From assembly GCF_009914755.1 (NCBI RefSeq), contig NC_060931.1: a DNA stretch of 64,000 bases; one strand, 5' to 3'. The notes under the pieces are model-generated. The model did not search any database. It had not been told where the DNA came from and worked only from the letters and a program-made list of their open reading frames with translations. This DNA is from the human T2T-CHM13v2.0 reference genome, Homo sapiens. The position numbers and the translations under genes are program-made. The first letter of the stretch is position 1, and every line of letters begins with the position of its first letter. Shown here one piece after another: positions 28,424-45,979 of this stretch.

Positions 28424-29707
28424 CTAGACAGGCATGACATTAAGGCATGTCACTGCAAGGATGCAGGAAAATGTTTTGCACGTACACACATATAGCTAAT
28501 GGAAAGTGCATGGACTTGAATTTGCAACCCCTAGGCCACTTGGCAAAGAGTTTTGGAGTTGAAAGAGTCTTAGAGGTTCACTCTCAGGCCCAACTCTCTG
28601 ATGCCTGAATTGTGATCCAGGCAGAAAAAGCATTGTTTCTCATGGGCTCATGAGCCTGGAAAAACCTTAACTCTCCTGACAAGCCTAATCCTCAACCCCC
28701 ATTTCCCAGGGAGTTGACTCATTCATCATGGCTCTGGATCACAGAACAAATAATAATAATTTGGAATCCTTTACAAAAGGAATCTATATACTGGGGAGAT
28801 ATGCAAATTAGCTTTATTCTGAAGCCTTACAATTTGGAAAAGCTTTTTAAAGGTGTCAGGGCCATATTCTCTCTACAGATAAATTAATCTATGTATATTT
28901 TTAATGGCTTTCTTATCATATTCACTGAGCCAAAGTTCACTGAAGTTCCTTGGCTTTCACTTGTAAGTAAGAAATAGAGAATTATGTCCTATCACACATT
29001 TCAAAGCAGATCAGCTGCTCTAGGCATGTGATGCACCGTGGGAGCCTCCAGAATGTGGTCCCTAGTGGGGCTTGGGAGCCTCTAAGACCACACCCCCCTC
29101 CAGCCATATCAAACATGTTTCAAAGGAGATGTTCAGTGGGCTTCAGATCCAAAGGAAGGTTAGGAACTATTGGTGTAAATCAACTATTTTTCTAATTTGG
29201 CTTCTATTCTGTTTTAGATATTTCTTAAAAGGTGGGCGGCAGGGGGTCTACTAGTGGGAAACAAGAGGGGCAGTTTGCTTTTGGTCTTTCTCTTGTCGCA
29301 GGGTAAGATGCAAATGCAAACAAATGCTTCTGCTGCATCACCTGTGAGTCTGAATGTCTGCACATGTGTTGGTTTATTAAATTTTTAGAAGAAAAGTACC
29401 AGGAGGGCATGATTTGTGTTATTTTGGTTATTTTTCTTATACAAACAGTCACCACTTCCTTAAATCTGGTACCTTAAATCTGTAACTCCAGCTGTAGCTT
29501 CTCTCCATGGGATACAGCATGCATGCATATGGCTCACTGCGCTGCTTCAATATCTTTAGGAAACCCTTGGTTTATAATGCTCCCCAGATGTTCACTTTTT
29601 ACAAATCCTTTTCTGATGAACCTATTCTAGCAAGGCTGAAATGGAAACAGTTCAAGAATGTATTTCTGTCAGCTTTTCACCACCAAAGTTGGAGAGTTAA
29701 AGGATAC

Positions 29708-29893
29708 CTGGGTTTCATAGTGAATGGCAATGGTGAAGTCCACAGGAAAGGGAATGTTGTTGACAGCAAATCTCAAGCCAGCCCCAGGGAGAACCCTGGC
29801 AAATCCAGGTCCAGTCCATGTAACAGGGTTCCCAGGAACTGGCTCTCCTAAAACAACGTGAACAGCAGGACTCTGGCCAAACGTCTCCGAGCC
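29708..29893 (-). CDS. LAMB4: LAMB4 exon (~15), LF domain: GSETFGQSPAVHVVLGEPVPGNPVTWTGPGFARV...HYETQ
   Basis: ttAG|GGCTCG ... CAG|GTatc; 186 nt; contains WTGPGF beta-chain LF motif. Confidence 0.94.
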
Positions 29894-30948
29894 CTAAAAT
29901 GGGAGAGGAATGTAAATAGCTTTGCCTACAGTCAAGGCCTGAAAGAGTTCAAGAAAACCAGTCCCCCACTGCACCACCCCCTGTATTTCCTGGTGTGTAT
30001 ATGATTCATATGAGTCACAGATAAATTATTCTAAGCAGGATACAGTCCAGAATCCAGCTGAGAATAATGTGCTAATACTGCAGCTTTGGAACATATGTTA
30101 CTGTATAGAATGATTGATTTGAAAGCAGTGTTCCGGGAAGCGACTTTAATTTTAAGTACCCCCTGTGCTAATGAACTGAGCAAATTCCACATTGATAACC
30201 TTGGGTTTTCTTGGATATGACTGCGGAGTTCTTCCCAAAATATGGAGGCTATTCCCATGCCCACTTTACAGATTTTGCCTAATTGGGCATGACAATGAGA
30301 AAACCCACATGGATTTATTTTCTAGATACTTCTTCCATGCAAAATGAGAAACGCTCTTCTTCTATCTGCTTGGGAGCATGTAAGTATAAAACTCCTAACA
30401 TGATTAATTAGAATCCCTGACGGTCTCTATACTGGATGTCAGCCTGAGGCCATCTGGACCCTGTAGATAAAACCTCTTTAATTACTTTTGCTTCTGCCTC
30501 TCCACACTCACAGCCTCCGCTCAAATTCCTCTTCTTGTTACTTTTGCCTGTGTTGCTGCAATAGTCTCTTGGTGCTGCTCTCTTCTCTCTCTCTGGTCCA
30601 ATATATATCATGTACTGCTGCCAACCAAGCATCTCAAACTCTTTCTAACTGCCAACAGAATAATGCCCAAGTTACTTAGCCTGGAGTTCTAGTTGCTCTG
30701 TGATCTACCCCAAACTGCCCTTCATTTGATAAATGTTTAGTAACAATTATGTGCCAGCTCCTGAATTAGGAATGCAAAATAAATAGGACAGAGCCTCTGC
30801 CACAGAGGAGTTTAGAATCTCGCATCTGAGGCAGAAATGTAAATAAGAAATTGTGCTGTCAGATTGGGTTTTAATAGACAGAGGTATATGTAAAGTCATC
30901 AATATACAATGTTTTTCAAACATTTAAAAAAAAAAAAACCCCTTGTAA

Positions 30949-34450
<3,502 letters not shown>

Positions 34451-34890
34451 CAGGGCCAGCTTCATGGTTACCTAGGAGCACCCCCAACCCCCTAAAGAAA
34501 GCCCCCATGCTTGATTTAATGCTTTGCTGTCACCATCTTGATATAGTTAATAATTTTATTTCTTTGAACTTGTTCTGTAAGTGAAATTTTTTGCGACAGT
34601 GGAGCATGCACGTGAGCAGAAGAGATATGCGCATCATGTATGTCTGCTTCCTTGTTGACCCATTTGCAGATAGTGCACAACACGGGCCAATGAACACAGA
34701 ATTCTGGTGGACCTACTATGCCTGGGATTTCAGTGAGACTCAAAGTGAGTGCAAGGTAAGTGTGTTACTAACGTGATCGAGTTAGCAGGAGTGCCGATAG
34801 CCCCAAGAAGCCAAGCTTTCTGTTAGAACCAGACTTGTTTTGAATGCAGAAAGAAAGGCATTCCAAGAAACATAAACAACCAAGGAATCC

Positions 34891-35142
34891 TTTTTTTTTT
34901 TTTTTTTTTTTTTGAGACAGGGTCTCGCTCTTGACCTCCTGGGCTCAAGTGATCCTCCCACCTCAGCCTACTGAGTAGTTGGGACCACCAGCACACATCA
35001 TCACACCCAGCCAATTTTTTATTTTTTTTGCAGAGATGGGGTCTCAAATCTAGTCTAGTCTCAAACTCCTGGGCTCAAGTAATCCTCCCATCTCAGCCTC
35101 CCAAAGTGCTGGGATCACAAGTGTGAGCAACCATGCCAGGCC
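34891..35142 (-). mobile_element. AluJ (internally deleted) inside MER45B
   Basis: Poly-T, gagacagggtctcgc, J-type right arm. Confidence 0.88.
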
Positions 35143-35594
35143 CCATATATTTTCTTATTCATGTGACTTCCCTGCGTTAGCCAACTACTTCCACTGAAAA
35201 GGATGACTAGAAGGAAAGAGAAAGACAGGACAACGCACAGTTTCATTTCCTTTCAGTCCTTCCTTACTCATCAATATGCTGAAGGTAGAGTGTTGGTTGA
35301 ACACATAGCAGGAAGTGAAATGAAAACAGTTGACTTAGTTTTGTGCAGTGTTCTCACAGTTCTGTTAAGAATGAAATACATATGTATATATGACTACAAA
35401 TTGACAATGTGAATATGAATACAAATTTTGTAATTTCAGTGATTCCATGTGTGAGTTGAAATGTTCTTATGTTTGCAGTTAAAACTGGCACTGCACTCTG
35501 CAAAGATGAATGGTACAATTCATACTAATAATTTTAAATTTTAATATATCTTTACATAGAATGACATTGAACGGCAAATAACAAAATGCTCTGA

Positions 35595-36016
<422 letters not shown>

Positions 36017-36076
36017 CTGCATTTTTATTTTGCACTGGGCCCTGCAGGTGGGTCAGAGCATGCAATGAGTAGGTGT

Positions 36077-36525
36077 TGTAGGTGCTGTTGTTCTGCTGCC
36101 AGATCCCCTTTACTGGGTTAGTGCATGCAGCTGCCAGCTCCTGGGACTGTTGCTGCTATGGCTCCCGACTGACCCCTTCTTTTGGGCCTTGCTGTTGGCT
36201 GATGAGAGCCACCTCACCTGGAAGGTTACCTGCATCTGCCCTGGCAGTCCAGCACCAACGACTGACTGATGCAGGAACGCAACAGGCCAGCCCTGTGCCT
36301 CAGTGGGTGACAACTCTGTGGTGCAATTTATGCTTCAGAGCTTCCCTGGGGGATGAGACCCAAAGCTAAACTTGACCCTCGACCCCATACCTGCCTCCCC
36401 CTTTCTCATTTCCTAGCCTACTTCCCTCACTCCATTATAGGCTTTTCTTGACATACATTCCCTCAATAAAACACATGCACCTGAATCCCTGTTGTCATCT
36501 GCTTCCAGGAACCCAATCTAAGACA
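36077..36525 (+). mobile_element. 3' LTR (LTR16 family) of ERVL provirus
   Basis: TGTAGGTG...AGACA; shares ccagatc, gactgactgat, aataaa..ca..tgca..tgaatccc with the 31266 LTR. Confidence 0.75.
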
Positions 36526-36854
36526 GTGACACTGTACACATGCACACATACACACATTTATATAAAACTGAAAAAAATTTCACAAAAATATGACTATTTT
36601 GTATTCTTCTCTTGTACTAAACTGACCCACTAAACTGGTCCCATGGCCTACTTATTAACTGGCATGGCCCGCAATTTGAAAAATTATGGCTGTATGGAAC
36701 CCCAGAGATGGAAACAATTATGTCCAGATGTCAGGGTAGGAAATGTCAGAGAAAAATCTGAGTTGGGCTTTAAGGGATGAGAAGAAGTTTTCCCAATGAA
36801 TAACACAGATGTGGTCATTTCAAGAAAGAGAGGAGCATGTTGTGGATGCTTAAA

Positions 36855-37035
36855 GCAAGGTTTCTCAGAGTGCTGTCATGAACCACCCATATTAGAATCA
36901 CCTTGGGGCACATGGCAAACACCCAGGTTTCTTGGCCAGCCTCAGATTCCCGGATGTGGTATCTCCCAAGGGTCAAATCTGGATTTTAAATAAACTCCCT
37001 AGGTAACATGCACAGTAAAAATTGAGGATCACTGA
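36855..37035. mobile_element. MER5A-like MITE
   Basis: ggtttctcagagtg...attagaatcacc...ttttaaataaactccctaggt...ttgaggatcactg. Confidence 0.6.
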
Positions 37036-38267
37036 GGGAATTAGGGGAGGGGACTAGCGACTCATTCCCCAGTCTCCTCTTTCAGGTGGACTTCAGATCG
37101 TGGAGAGCCACTTCTAGCCTAGAAGTCAGAGAAGGCCTCGTGGGGCTGTAGCATAGGAATAGAAACAAGTAGGAGAAAGCAAGTCCCCATGACTGGCACA
37201 CATGATCCTGGTAGGGGGAGCAATGTCCACGAAGCCTTCTCTGAAATTCTCAGCTGGGGTATTTCTCCATAATCTGAAGTCCATATCATGTTACATGCAG
37301 CTGTTTCATGACCCTTAGCCCCCACCACCACACATTAGCCATTTGTGTCCATGGCTCCTTCCCACTATAATGAGGGCAGGCTCCATGTTTAAGTGTTTCT
37401 GTTTTCTTTCATTCAGCCATTTTATTCACTTGAGAAGGTCTCTTATGTGTAAGAGGTACTGGGTTTGGGAACAAGACAGCCAACGTCTGCTTTCATTTGC
37501 TTCTCCAACATACTCATTTGTGCATATGCACACAGGAAGGCTCAGTAAAAAATCTCAGTAAAGCTAATAAATGAAGGAATGAACTAACCTAAAAACAAGC
37601 CTACAGTGGCTCTGACTTTCGTGAATAACAAGGGATGGCTACAAGGTCTTCTGGACTCTTTGGAGCTTCTGTAGCCATGGGAGGCTGGGCCGTGAGGAAG
37701 TGGCATCTCTCTGCCACTGATGCCAGCACTGACCAACTGCAACTTTCTCAAAGTCTGAGGCACAGCTACAGCACCAACCCAGAGCCATCAGTGTGTCTTT
37801 CCTTCTCCATGTAAGAGGAGAGCCACTCCTCAGCACTTTACCTCTCCTTACTAAAATGACAAGAAATCGTGAATTCACAGTGTTCAACTCTCTAACCCTT
37901 CAGAACCCAGATTTCTAGAAATTACTTGTTTTGCAAAGAAATAAAGCTATTGATGTTTTTCCCCAGAGGCTCTGGTTTCTTTGGGCTTGGTTTTTCCTTT
38001 CCTCCATTTCTATTCATGAGGGTAATAAGAGCTTTTACTAACTGAGTACATGCATGGACCAAGCACAGTTGTAAGTGCATTCATTACCATATCATTCATT
38101 TACGGCATGTGACTGTGGCCATTCATGAATGGTTTACCTCACTCTGCTCATCAGCATGTAAGCTTTGCTTCCGATTTCTCTTCAGTATTATCTTTTCTTT
38201 GTCAATTATGAAATCACTTCCTTGTTGCTGGAAATACACATCACATTCCATGCAAAGCTGTTGCTAA

Positions 38268-38567
<300 letters not shown>

Positions 38568-38927
38568 TAACATCTTAAAAAGAAATGACAGTTTAAGTAC
38601 CCATCAGAAGTATTAATTATACCACGGACCAAGAAGTTCAGATTATTCCACCAATGAGCCATGGAGAAAGTTAATTGTAATTCTTCTTAGTTCTGCAGTT
38701 AGAATGTTGAAACAATTCTTCATAAGATGCAGTTGGGTTTGCTTTTATTCTTATTCATAGTTTCATCTCCAACCTTTCTCTTCTCTCTGTTACCTCTTAA
38801 CTTAGGTCCTTATTTGTTCCTGTCTGGACTAGTGTAGTCTGTCCAGAAATGGGCTTCACTTCTGTTAGATTAAGTTTGTAAGAACACTGAGGATGGCCTC
38901 TGTCACATTATTCTCTTGCACAGAAGG

Positions 38928-39371
38928 TGTATGGTGAACTCATCTGACAGCAATAACTTAAGCATACCCTGAGAATGACCCTATGGTCTAAAAGGAATGT
39001 GTGTTTAGAGTTCCCAGCTAAGGAATCTGGGAGTAGCCAACCTGGAGATTCATTCCTTATCTCTGAGGAACATCTGAACCTCTGGCCTATCCTATGGAAT
39101 ACAGGCCATACAGGGGTTTGAGGCCCTTTGTTTTGGGTTAAATGAAGGTTGCATAGAAGAGGTTGCTAGGGGGAGGGCACTAAGTGAAAATGCTATATAA
39201 ACTACACTTTTTTTTATAGCAGTGCTCCTGTCTAGCCTGCTGCCAATGGACCCCCTGTATGTAAGTTCCCTCAATCATCCCTATGTCTCATTCTCTGGCT
39301 CTGGGTGTCTTCTTCAGTCTCTTTGAACATGGTGCAGTATCTACTGAGGTCAATAGGGGCCCAGCATGACA
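38928..39371 (+). mobile_element. Intact solo LTR (LTR47-like, ERVL class)
   Basis: TG...CA termini; perfect 5-bp TSD GAAGG (38923-38927 / 39372-39376); TATA box gctatataaa near 39192. Confidence 0.85.
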
Positions 39372-39769
39372 GAAGGCTTCAATGAGTTCTCAATGCCCAA
39401 AAAATAAAGTTTAGCCTCTTTAGCAGGACACTATAATTTTATTTTACAATAGTTCTTCTCTATTTACACTCCCTGCTGTACCTGTGACTATACCTGCCTT
39501 GGTTCTCCTCTGAATTGTTATTTATAACTTGCTCTGGCTAGACTGTCTTCTCATAAAGTCTCACTCATGGCTTAGAAATCCTAATATACTTACTGATTCT
39601 CCTTATCATTTGCACTGGCCCATCCTAAGCTATCTATGTAAATGTGTTAGCTGTAGTAAAAACTCCTAGAGCCAGTGACCCTAACTAATCCTCATCTATA
39701 CCATCCTTAGCCTGGAGCTCAGCTTTGTGTGCACATTGTACAACATCTTAATGGGTTAAGAGTAAGAGT

Positions 39770-40066
39770 TGTGTTTGTTTTTTTGAGACATGGTCTTGCT
39801 CTGTTACCTAGGCTAGAGTACAGTGGTGCGACCACAGCTCACTGCAGCCTCAACCTCCCAGGCCCAAACTATCCTTCTACCTCAGCTTCCTGAGTAGCTG
39901 GGATTGAAGGCATGTGCCACCATACCCAACTATTTTTTGTCATTGTTTTTGTAGATATGGGACCTCACTATGTTGTCCAGGCTGGTCTTAAACTCCTGGA
40001 CTCAAGTGATCCTGCCTTGGCCTCCCAAAGTGCTGGGGTTACAGATGTGAGCTACTGTGCCTGGCC
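39770..40066 (-). mobile_element. AluJ inserted in a MIR (MIR continues to ~40270)
   Basis: TSD aagagtaagagtt; MIR core tgagtgacttacctaacctctc...cctcatctg follows. Confidence 0.9.
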
Positions 40067-41730
40067 AAGAGTAAGAGTTTTGAAACCAGATGCACCTGGG
40101 TTTCAATCCAGTCTCCCCCAACCCCACTATCTACTAGATGTATGACTTTGAGTGACTTACCTAACCTCTCTAATGTTTTTTCCTCATCTGGGAATTAGGG
40201 ATAATAGATTATTTGGAGAGTTAAATGAGATAATGTATGTAAAGTGCAAAGCATAGCACATTAAATACATGGAATATTAATAATACAGCAACAGTAACAG
40301 CATAGCAAACATACCATGAAATTTCATTTATGAATGTGCAAATAATTAAATGTTAACCAACTTAAATCTTTTCTACTACAATTAAAGATCATACCCTCAG
40401 CAGAGAAAGAAAATTATTCACATTATTGCCCTTTAAACTCTTAATATCAATCCCACCTTGAATGCTTTTTCTTTTGTCATAGGTATTATTTTCTAACTTG
40501 TTAAGAAAAATTCACCTGCCCTTTAAACCTATTCCATGTCCTGGATATTTTTCCTTAAGCCATGGAGGGAGTAGTAAGGGTTCATATCATGCATGATATA
40601 ACCCCCCTCACAAATGAAATCAGCATTGTTTCAGATGCTTTACTTACAACCCCTGGCTCAGAGCCGTATTGGCATACTTGATATTATTCTATTTAATTGG
40701 TAATAGGATAAACATTTGTTCAGTATGTGCCGTGCTGGGGGTGCTACAACCATCTATTTTAGATAATTATGTTTATTCTGTTTTCCCATCTAAAAAGTGA
40801 GACCTAGTTATGACCTAAACAGAAATACTCATACTTCTTTCTAAAATTGTTTTTTCAGTCACCATCATAAAGATTCAATATTCAAGACCACGAAGAAGAA
40901 CCCAGACCAGGGATTGCTTCATTTGGATTCCACCTACCGCAGTTGTTACATCTAAGTAGGGACAACGAAAATCTCCTGCTATGGTCTTGATCCTAGTCAG
41001 TAAAAGAGCAAATTCCAAGCCTCCTAAGGGGCATTTTCATCCTTCCCCATCTGTCCTTACAGATAAGGAAGAGATTCCAGGAATGACTCGGTTCCTGGAA
41101 CCTAGAATTAGTCCCCCTTGTTTTCTTTATCTATCCAAATCCTGTCTTAGGGATCAACTTTCACAAGCTTTCTCTCCTTAAAGACTTTCACCTCGAATTA
41201 CCTTTTTTTTTTTGTCATATTCCTATTCCTATCTGGAGTCACACTCTTGAGAACCTTCTATACTTTCGTCATGCATTTATTAGCAGATATCTATAAAGTT
41301 CCTACAGTGTGTCAGGCACTGTGCTAGGCGCTAGTGCAACAATGATGAATGCTATACACATCCACCTCACCCTTTTATAGTTTATAGTATCATGGGGAGA
41401 TGGAGAAGTAGATGCTCAATAAACACATTTTGTCTGATGGGTATACCTTGAAACAGCAAAAGTAAAGTCTGTTTCATCATAATTTGATCCGTTCACATTT
41501 ATGGGCCAGATCCTGTGGTAGACCTGGGATACAAAGATGAACTAAACAGAGACTCTGCTCTCAAGAGTTTATATAATCTGCATTTGCAGGTTATAATAAA
41601 CTCTGATCTGCATCTTTGGGCAAAAGCATTCTTTTCTAGGTATCTTAACCACGATCTCAAGTATGTGCTCTGTGTGTTTACTGACATATCATCAAACACA
41701 GTCTGTAGGGAAAGTAAATGAAATACGAAC

Positions 41731-41881
41731 CAAAGGCGCCAGTCCTTGGAGTGTTGTGGCTTCCTCTGCCTCGTAGAGATAGAAATTCAAAGGAGCAAAG
41801 AAGTAGCCAGGGGCTGGTTCAGAGCAGCTACGGCCAGTGACATGTGGGCGGCATTCACACTGCCCATTCTTGGGTGAGCAC
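41731..41881 (-). CDS. LAMB4: LAMB4 exon (~14), truncated LE5 and start of LF: CSPKNGQCECRPHVTGRSC...YEAEEATTLQGLAPL
   Basis: tcAG|GTGCT ... TTG|GTtcg; 151 nt; phase 2 to 0. Confidence 0.93.
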
Positions 41882-42441
41882 CTGAGGAAAAAGCAATTCA
41901 TCATGAAAAAATGCAAAGTAGGTGAGCGGAAAATGAAGGTGTAGGGGTGCTGGGCTAATGCTCCCTGAGTTTGGAGCAATCCTTAGAATCAGTCAATCAA
42001 TGGTCCTGTGGGAAGATGCAGAAAGGCCATGGGTTTAACATAACTGGTCTTGAATAGTGAATCCAGGGCCATGGAGCCCAGGCGGCCACTTTCCCCACCC
42101 TCCGCCCCCAACCCCCCACTGCCAGGTTCTGCTCTAAAATCTGGCAAAAAGGGGGCTTTAGGATCTCTCTTTACAACATGGCAAAAAGCTGGTGTTTTAG
42201 GCAGGTCACACGTATTCAAGCACCCATGCCACCAGCTTGTGGTGGGATACCCAGCAGAAGGATTGTTTACCTCACCCTTGGAAATATTTGAAGTGAAAGA
42301 AATCAATGGGCTGTAGTTAATGTCTCAAGATCATTGCTTGTCATGGAATGAAATTTTTCACCTATGACTATGAGCGTATCAGAATAAAATGTGCTTTTAT
42401 GTTTAAATAAGGAATATTGCTATAAAACTTATTTGACTTAC

Positions 42442-42521
42442 ACGTTAGAATAAGCACCTCCAATATCACAGTCACAGGGAGAACACCCATGGAGATGATT
42501 TCCCAGGCCCCAGTATCCAAC
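42442..42521 (-). CDS. LAMB4: LAMB4 exon (~13), LE4/LE5: VGYWGLGNHLHGCSPCDCDIGGAYSN-V
   Basis: gtAG|GTTGGA ... AACGT|GTaagt; 80 nt; phase 0 to 2. Confidence 0.94.
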
Positions 42522-42728
42522 CTACAGAGAAAAAATGCTCAGCTGATTCCAGCTATGAAGATGCTGTTGCTCTGAAGTGCAACACTGAAATCACTACAAT
42601 GCAATTGCCACACGTCAAATAGCCAAACAGCCTGCACCATCTCAGAGAAACCTTCCTGGCCTATGCGCTTGGCTAATGATCTTCCATGGACACATCTCCC
42701 ATCTCCAGGATTTGAAGTAAGGGGACAG

Positions 42729-43058
<330 letters not shown>

Positions 43059-43195
43059 TCAAGTGGAAAAGAAATGGGAGCCTTAACAATTCCTCTCACA
43101 TCATCAGTTATGCTCAATCTGGGTTATATAAATCCTATCGGAATAGAAGTTCTTCTACCAGCCTATGTGTAACTGCCTGTATTTTTCCCACCCCA

Positions 43196-43469
43196 CAGAC
43201 GGAGTCTTGTTCTTTTGCCCACACTGGAGTGCAGTGGTACGATCTTGGCCAACCTCCGCCTCCCAGGTGGAAGCAATTCTCCTGCCTCAGCCTCCCGAGT
43301 AGCTGGGATTACAGGCGCCTGCCACCACGCTCGGCTGATTTTTGTATTTTTAGTAGAGACGGGGTTTTACCGTGTTAGCCAGGCTGGTCTTGAACTCCTG
43401 ACCTCGTGATCCATCTGCCTCGGCCTCCCAAAGTGCTGGGATTACAGGCATGAGCCACCAGGCTCGGCC
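43196..43469 (-). mobile_element. AluS with eroded tail
   Basis: Dimer; TSD gtgtaactgc. Confidence 0.93.
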
Positions 43470-45111
43470 GTGTAACTGCTTTTAAAAAAACTGATAGGTT
43501 CCCTTACCACAACAATCCCTGGGAATTTTACCCATACAATACTGAAATACTTGGAGGCAGAGAAATCCTTCAAGCTAATTTTGAGATATTACATGAATAC
43601 CACACTTTAGCATAGGCATTTGTTTATCAATCAGTTGTTTTGGCATAATAACGTGAATCCATATGAGAGAGTCAACTCTATTGTTCCAGACTTTTTCCAT
43701 CATTGCAACATCTTGACCGTTGTTCAAAATAAACAGCTGGTGAGATACAAGTAACTATTTTCTAAGTGTTATAATATTTAGTATAAAATGCTAAAAAAAA
43801 TTCTCCTCCCACACATCTCAATTGAACATGCTCCGATAAAACTTAAATTTTAGTAGGTATGAAATTCTCTTTGGAAATGGTCTTGTTAAGCATCCATATT
43901 TTTTGTATCTTGGTATAATTTTATGCATGATTTTACTCAAAAAGGTGTCTTTTAGATATTAAACATTGATGTCTTTGGACACAATGCGACAAAGGACTTG
44001 ATGTTTTTCCCCAAACCAAAACTTCAGTTTAAGAAAAAAAAATGATGTGATAGGAACTGCTTCCCACAGGATGTGGTTGTGAAAACTTCCTCTAGGACAG
44101 GGAATGCTGCCATGCTGGCCACCTCAGGGCAGATCCAGGGCACCATCAGAGAGATGTGGATGTGGAGAACCTAGTGGGTGCATGGGCTCAGCCACGATGG
44201 ACAGTTCCCCCATGGGGGGGGTCCCTGTTCAGTTATTTTGCTTGCTTGCCCTGCAAGCAAAAGTGAGTCTGTACTGCACACGTAGCAGTTAACCAGCCAG
44301 TGAAAAAAGTCAGCCTGAGCCTAAGCTTTGTCTGGAATTACATGATTTGGTCGATCACATAATTTCAGGATTTGTTGATCCTGTAACCAACTGTGCTCCT
44401 TTTTTTGTGTTACACACTTATGGTCATGGAGGTTGGCGTGGCTGACCTTTCTCTTTAAGGTACAATTTTCAGATTTTTTGACTTGTCTTCCAGAATCCCT
44501 TCTTCATATTTCCTTCCTTGCTTCTTTCCCCCACCCCCTCTGCCCCATCCTGTTTTCAGTAAAATGACTTAAAATATCAGCACAAAACCATGTCCTCATA
44601 GGCATATGTTTCTTATTCATCAGCTACATTTCTTCAGACACATCGAGGTCACTGTTCTTTTATTAGGTTAAGATTTTGTGGGTTTTTTTTTTTCTCTCTA
44701 AAATGTCATGGTGAGCTGCCAAGATTGGAGAACAAAGAAAAGAGTTGGGTTTGAACTCCCCAATTGCATCATGCATTTCTTATGGAGTGAATATGTTTTA
44801 TTTTACTAATTTTAGATGATACATCTAAAATTGTATGTTTAGTAGAGTCTGTGAAAAATCCAAGAGTTTATTTCCCACAGGAATCTAAAATACATTAAAC
44901 CTAAGCTTGTTTTTTTATAAGACCTTATCCAAAACATTTTTAGGAAGGGAGTGGTAGGGATGATAAGGGGATTGTGTACAAGGGATAGAAGAAAGTTCTG
45001 GTGGCCCAAAACATAGACAGATAAATGTGCTTCTATTCTACTGCTTGGCATTTTCAGGAAAAGAGTGGATAAACCTAATAATATCTGTGCCTGGGTCGGT
45101 TTAGTCCAGTC

Positions 45112-45217
45112 CAGTGGTGAGCTGGTAAATGTTTAACAGGCAGCTCAATGCAGGGGTGAGGGGAGGCTGATAGGTAGTGTTTGCTGATTTCTGTAGTGTA
45201 AATACTCATACCACTGG
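45112..45217. mobile_element. MER63-like hAT-Blackjack MITE remnant
   Basis: TIR cagtggt ... accactg; ctggtaaatgtttaaca, gtgtaaatactc. Confidence 0.6.
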
Positions 45218-45331
45218 AGTATTAAAACACAATAGGACAAGAAAGAGATTAGCAAAACCAAGTCTTACCTAGGCAATGGCAATAGAAATCTGTATCACTA
45301 TAGAAAAGGGAAACTATAGGCAAATACATAC

Positions 45332-45441
45332 AGTGCATTCTTCGCAGTGTGCTCCGGTGACATATGACAGGCACAAGCATTGGCCTGTATCCACATCACA
45401 GGTCAAGAATGGCAGACTCCCAAGGGGGTTACAGTCGCAGG
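45332..45441 (-). CDS. LAMB4: LAMB4 exon (~12), LE4: CDCNPLGSLPFLTCDVDTGQCLCLSYVTGAHCEECT
   Basis: tcAG|CCTGC ... ACT|GTatg; 110 nt; phase 1 to 0. Confidence 0.95.
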
Positions 45442-45979
45442 CTGAAAGCACAGCATACACAATTATTCTCATTCTTAATTCCTCCACTCTTGCAAGTGTA
45501 CTTAATAGCTCACACAAAGCAAGAAGCATAACCGCAAGAACACAGAGAAGCCTGCCCTGCCAGGTTTATTGTGTGCCTGGCTGCGTGATTATTGTTTTGC
45601 ATATAACCTCACAGAGGAAATCCTGTGTCAGGCACTTCCAGAGCCTCATGTAGTTTTACTGGATGGCAATTAGGAGGAGGAGACAAGTAGGTGTAGCTAG
45701 TTGTACATGCTGCAGTACTGGCACAGTAACCCTAAGTGATGCTGACCAGGCTGGTGACTCAGAGGCAGGAGTTTCTGGGAGTCATGGTTATTACTGATCG
45801 CTCCTTCTCTGGCAGATGCATCTGGAATCCCACTCTCTCTTCTCTCCTTTAGTACTTTGTTACTTTTTGTCTTAATTCCCCCCTCCTTCTTCTCCTCTAC
45901 CCGTAGACATTTCTGAGCCCTGCATATGTTGCAAAGGCTAAAAAGACATGCTACCAGAGCAAGGAATACACTTGCAGCA

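Noticed and set aside
28421-28452. p53/p63-like half sites (aggcatgaca-tta-aggcatgtca) at an exon acceptor
   Set aside because: Both half sites mismatch RRRCWWGYYY and are spaced by 3 nt. Not supportable without ChIP data.
43590-43950. AT-rich segment reminiscent of an old DNA-transposon end
   Set aside because: No TIR or TSD pair found and no family could be assigned.
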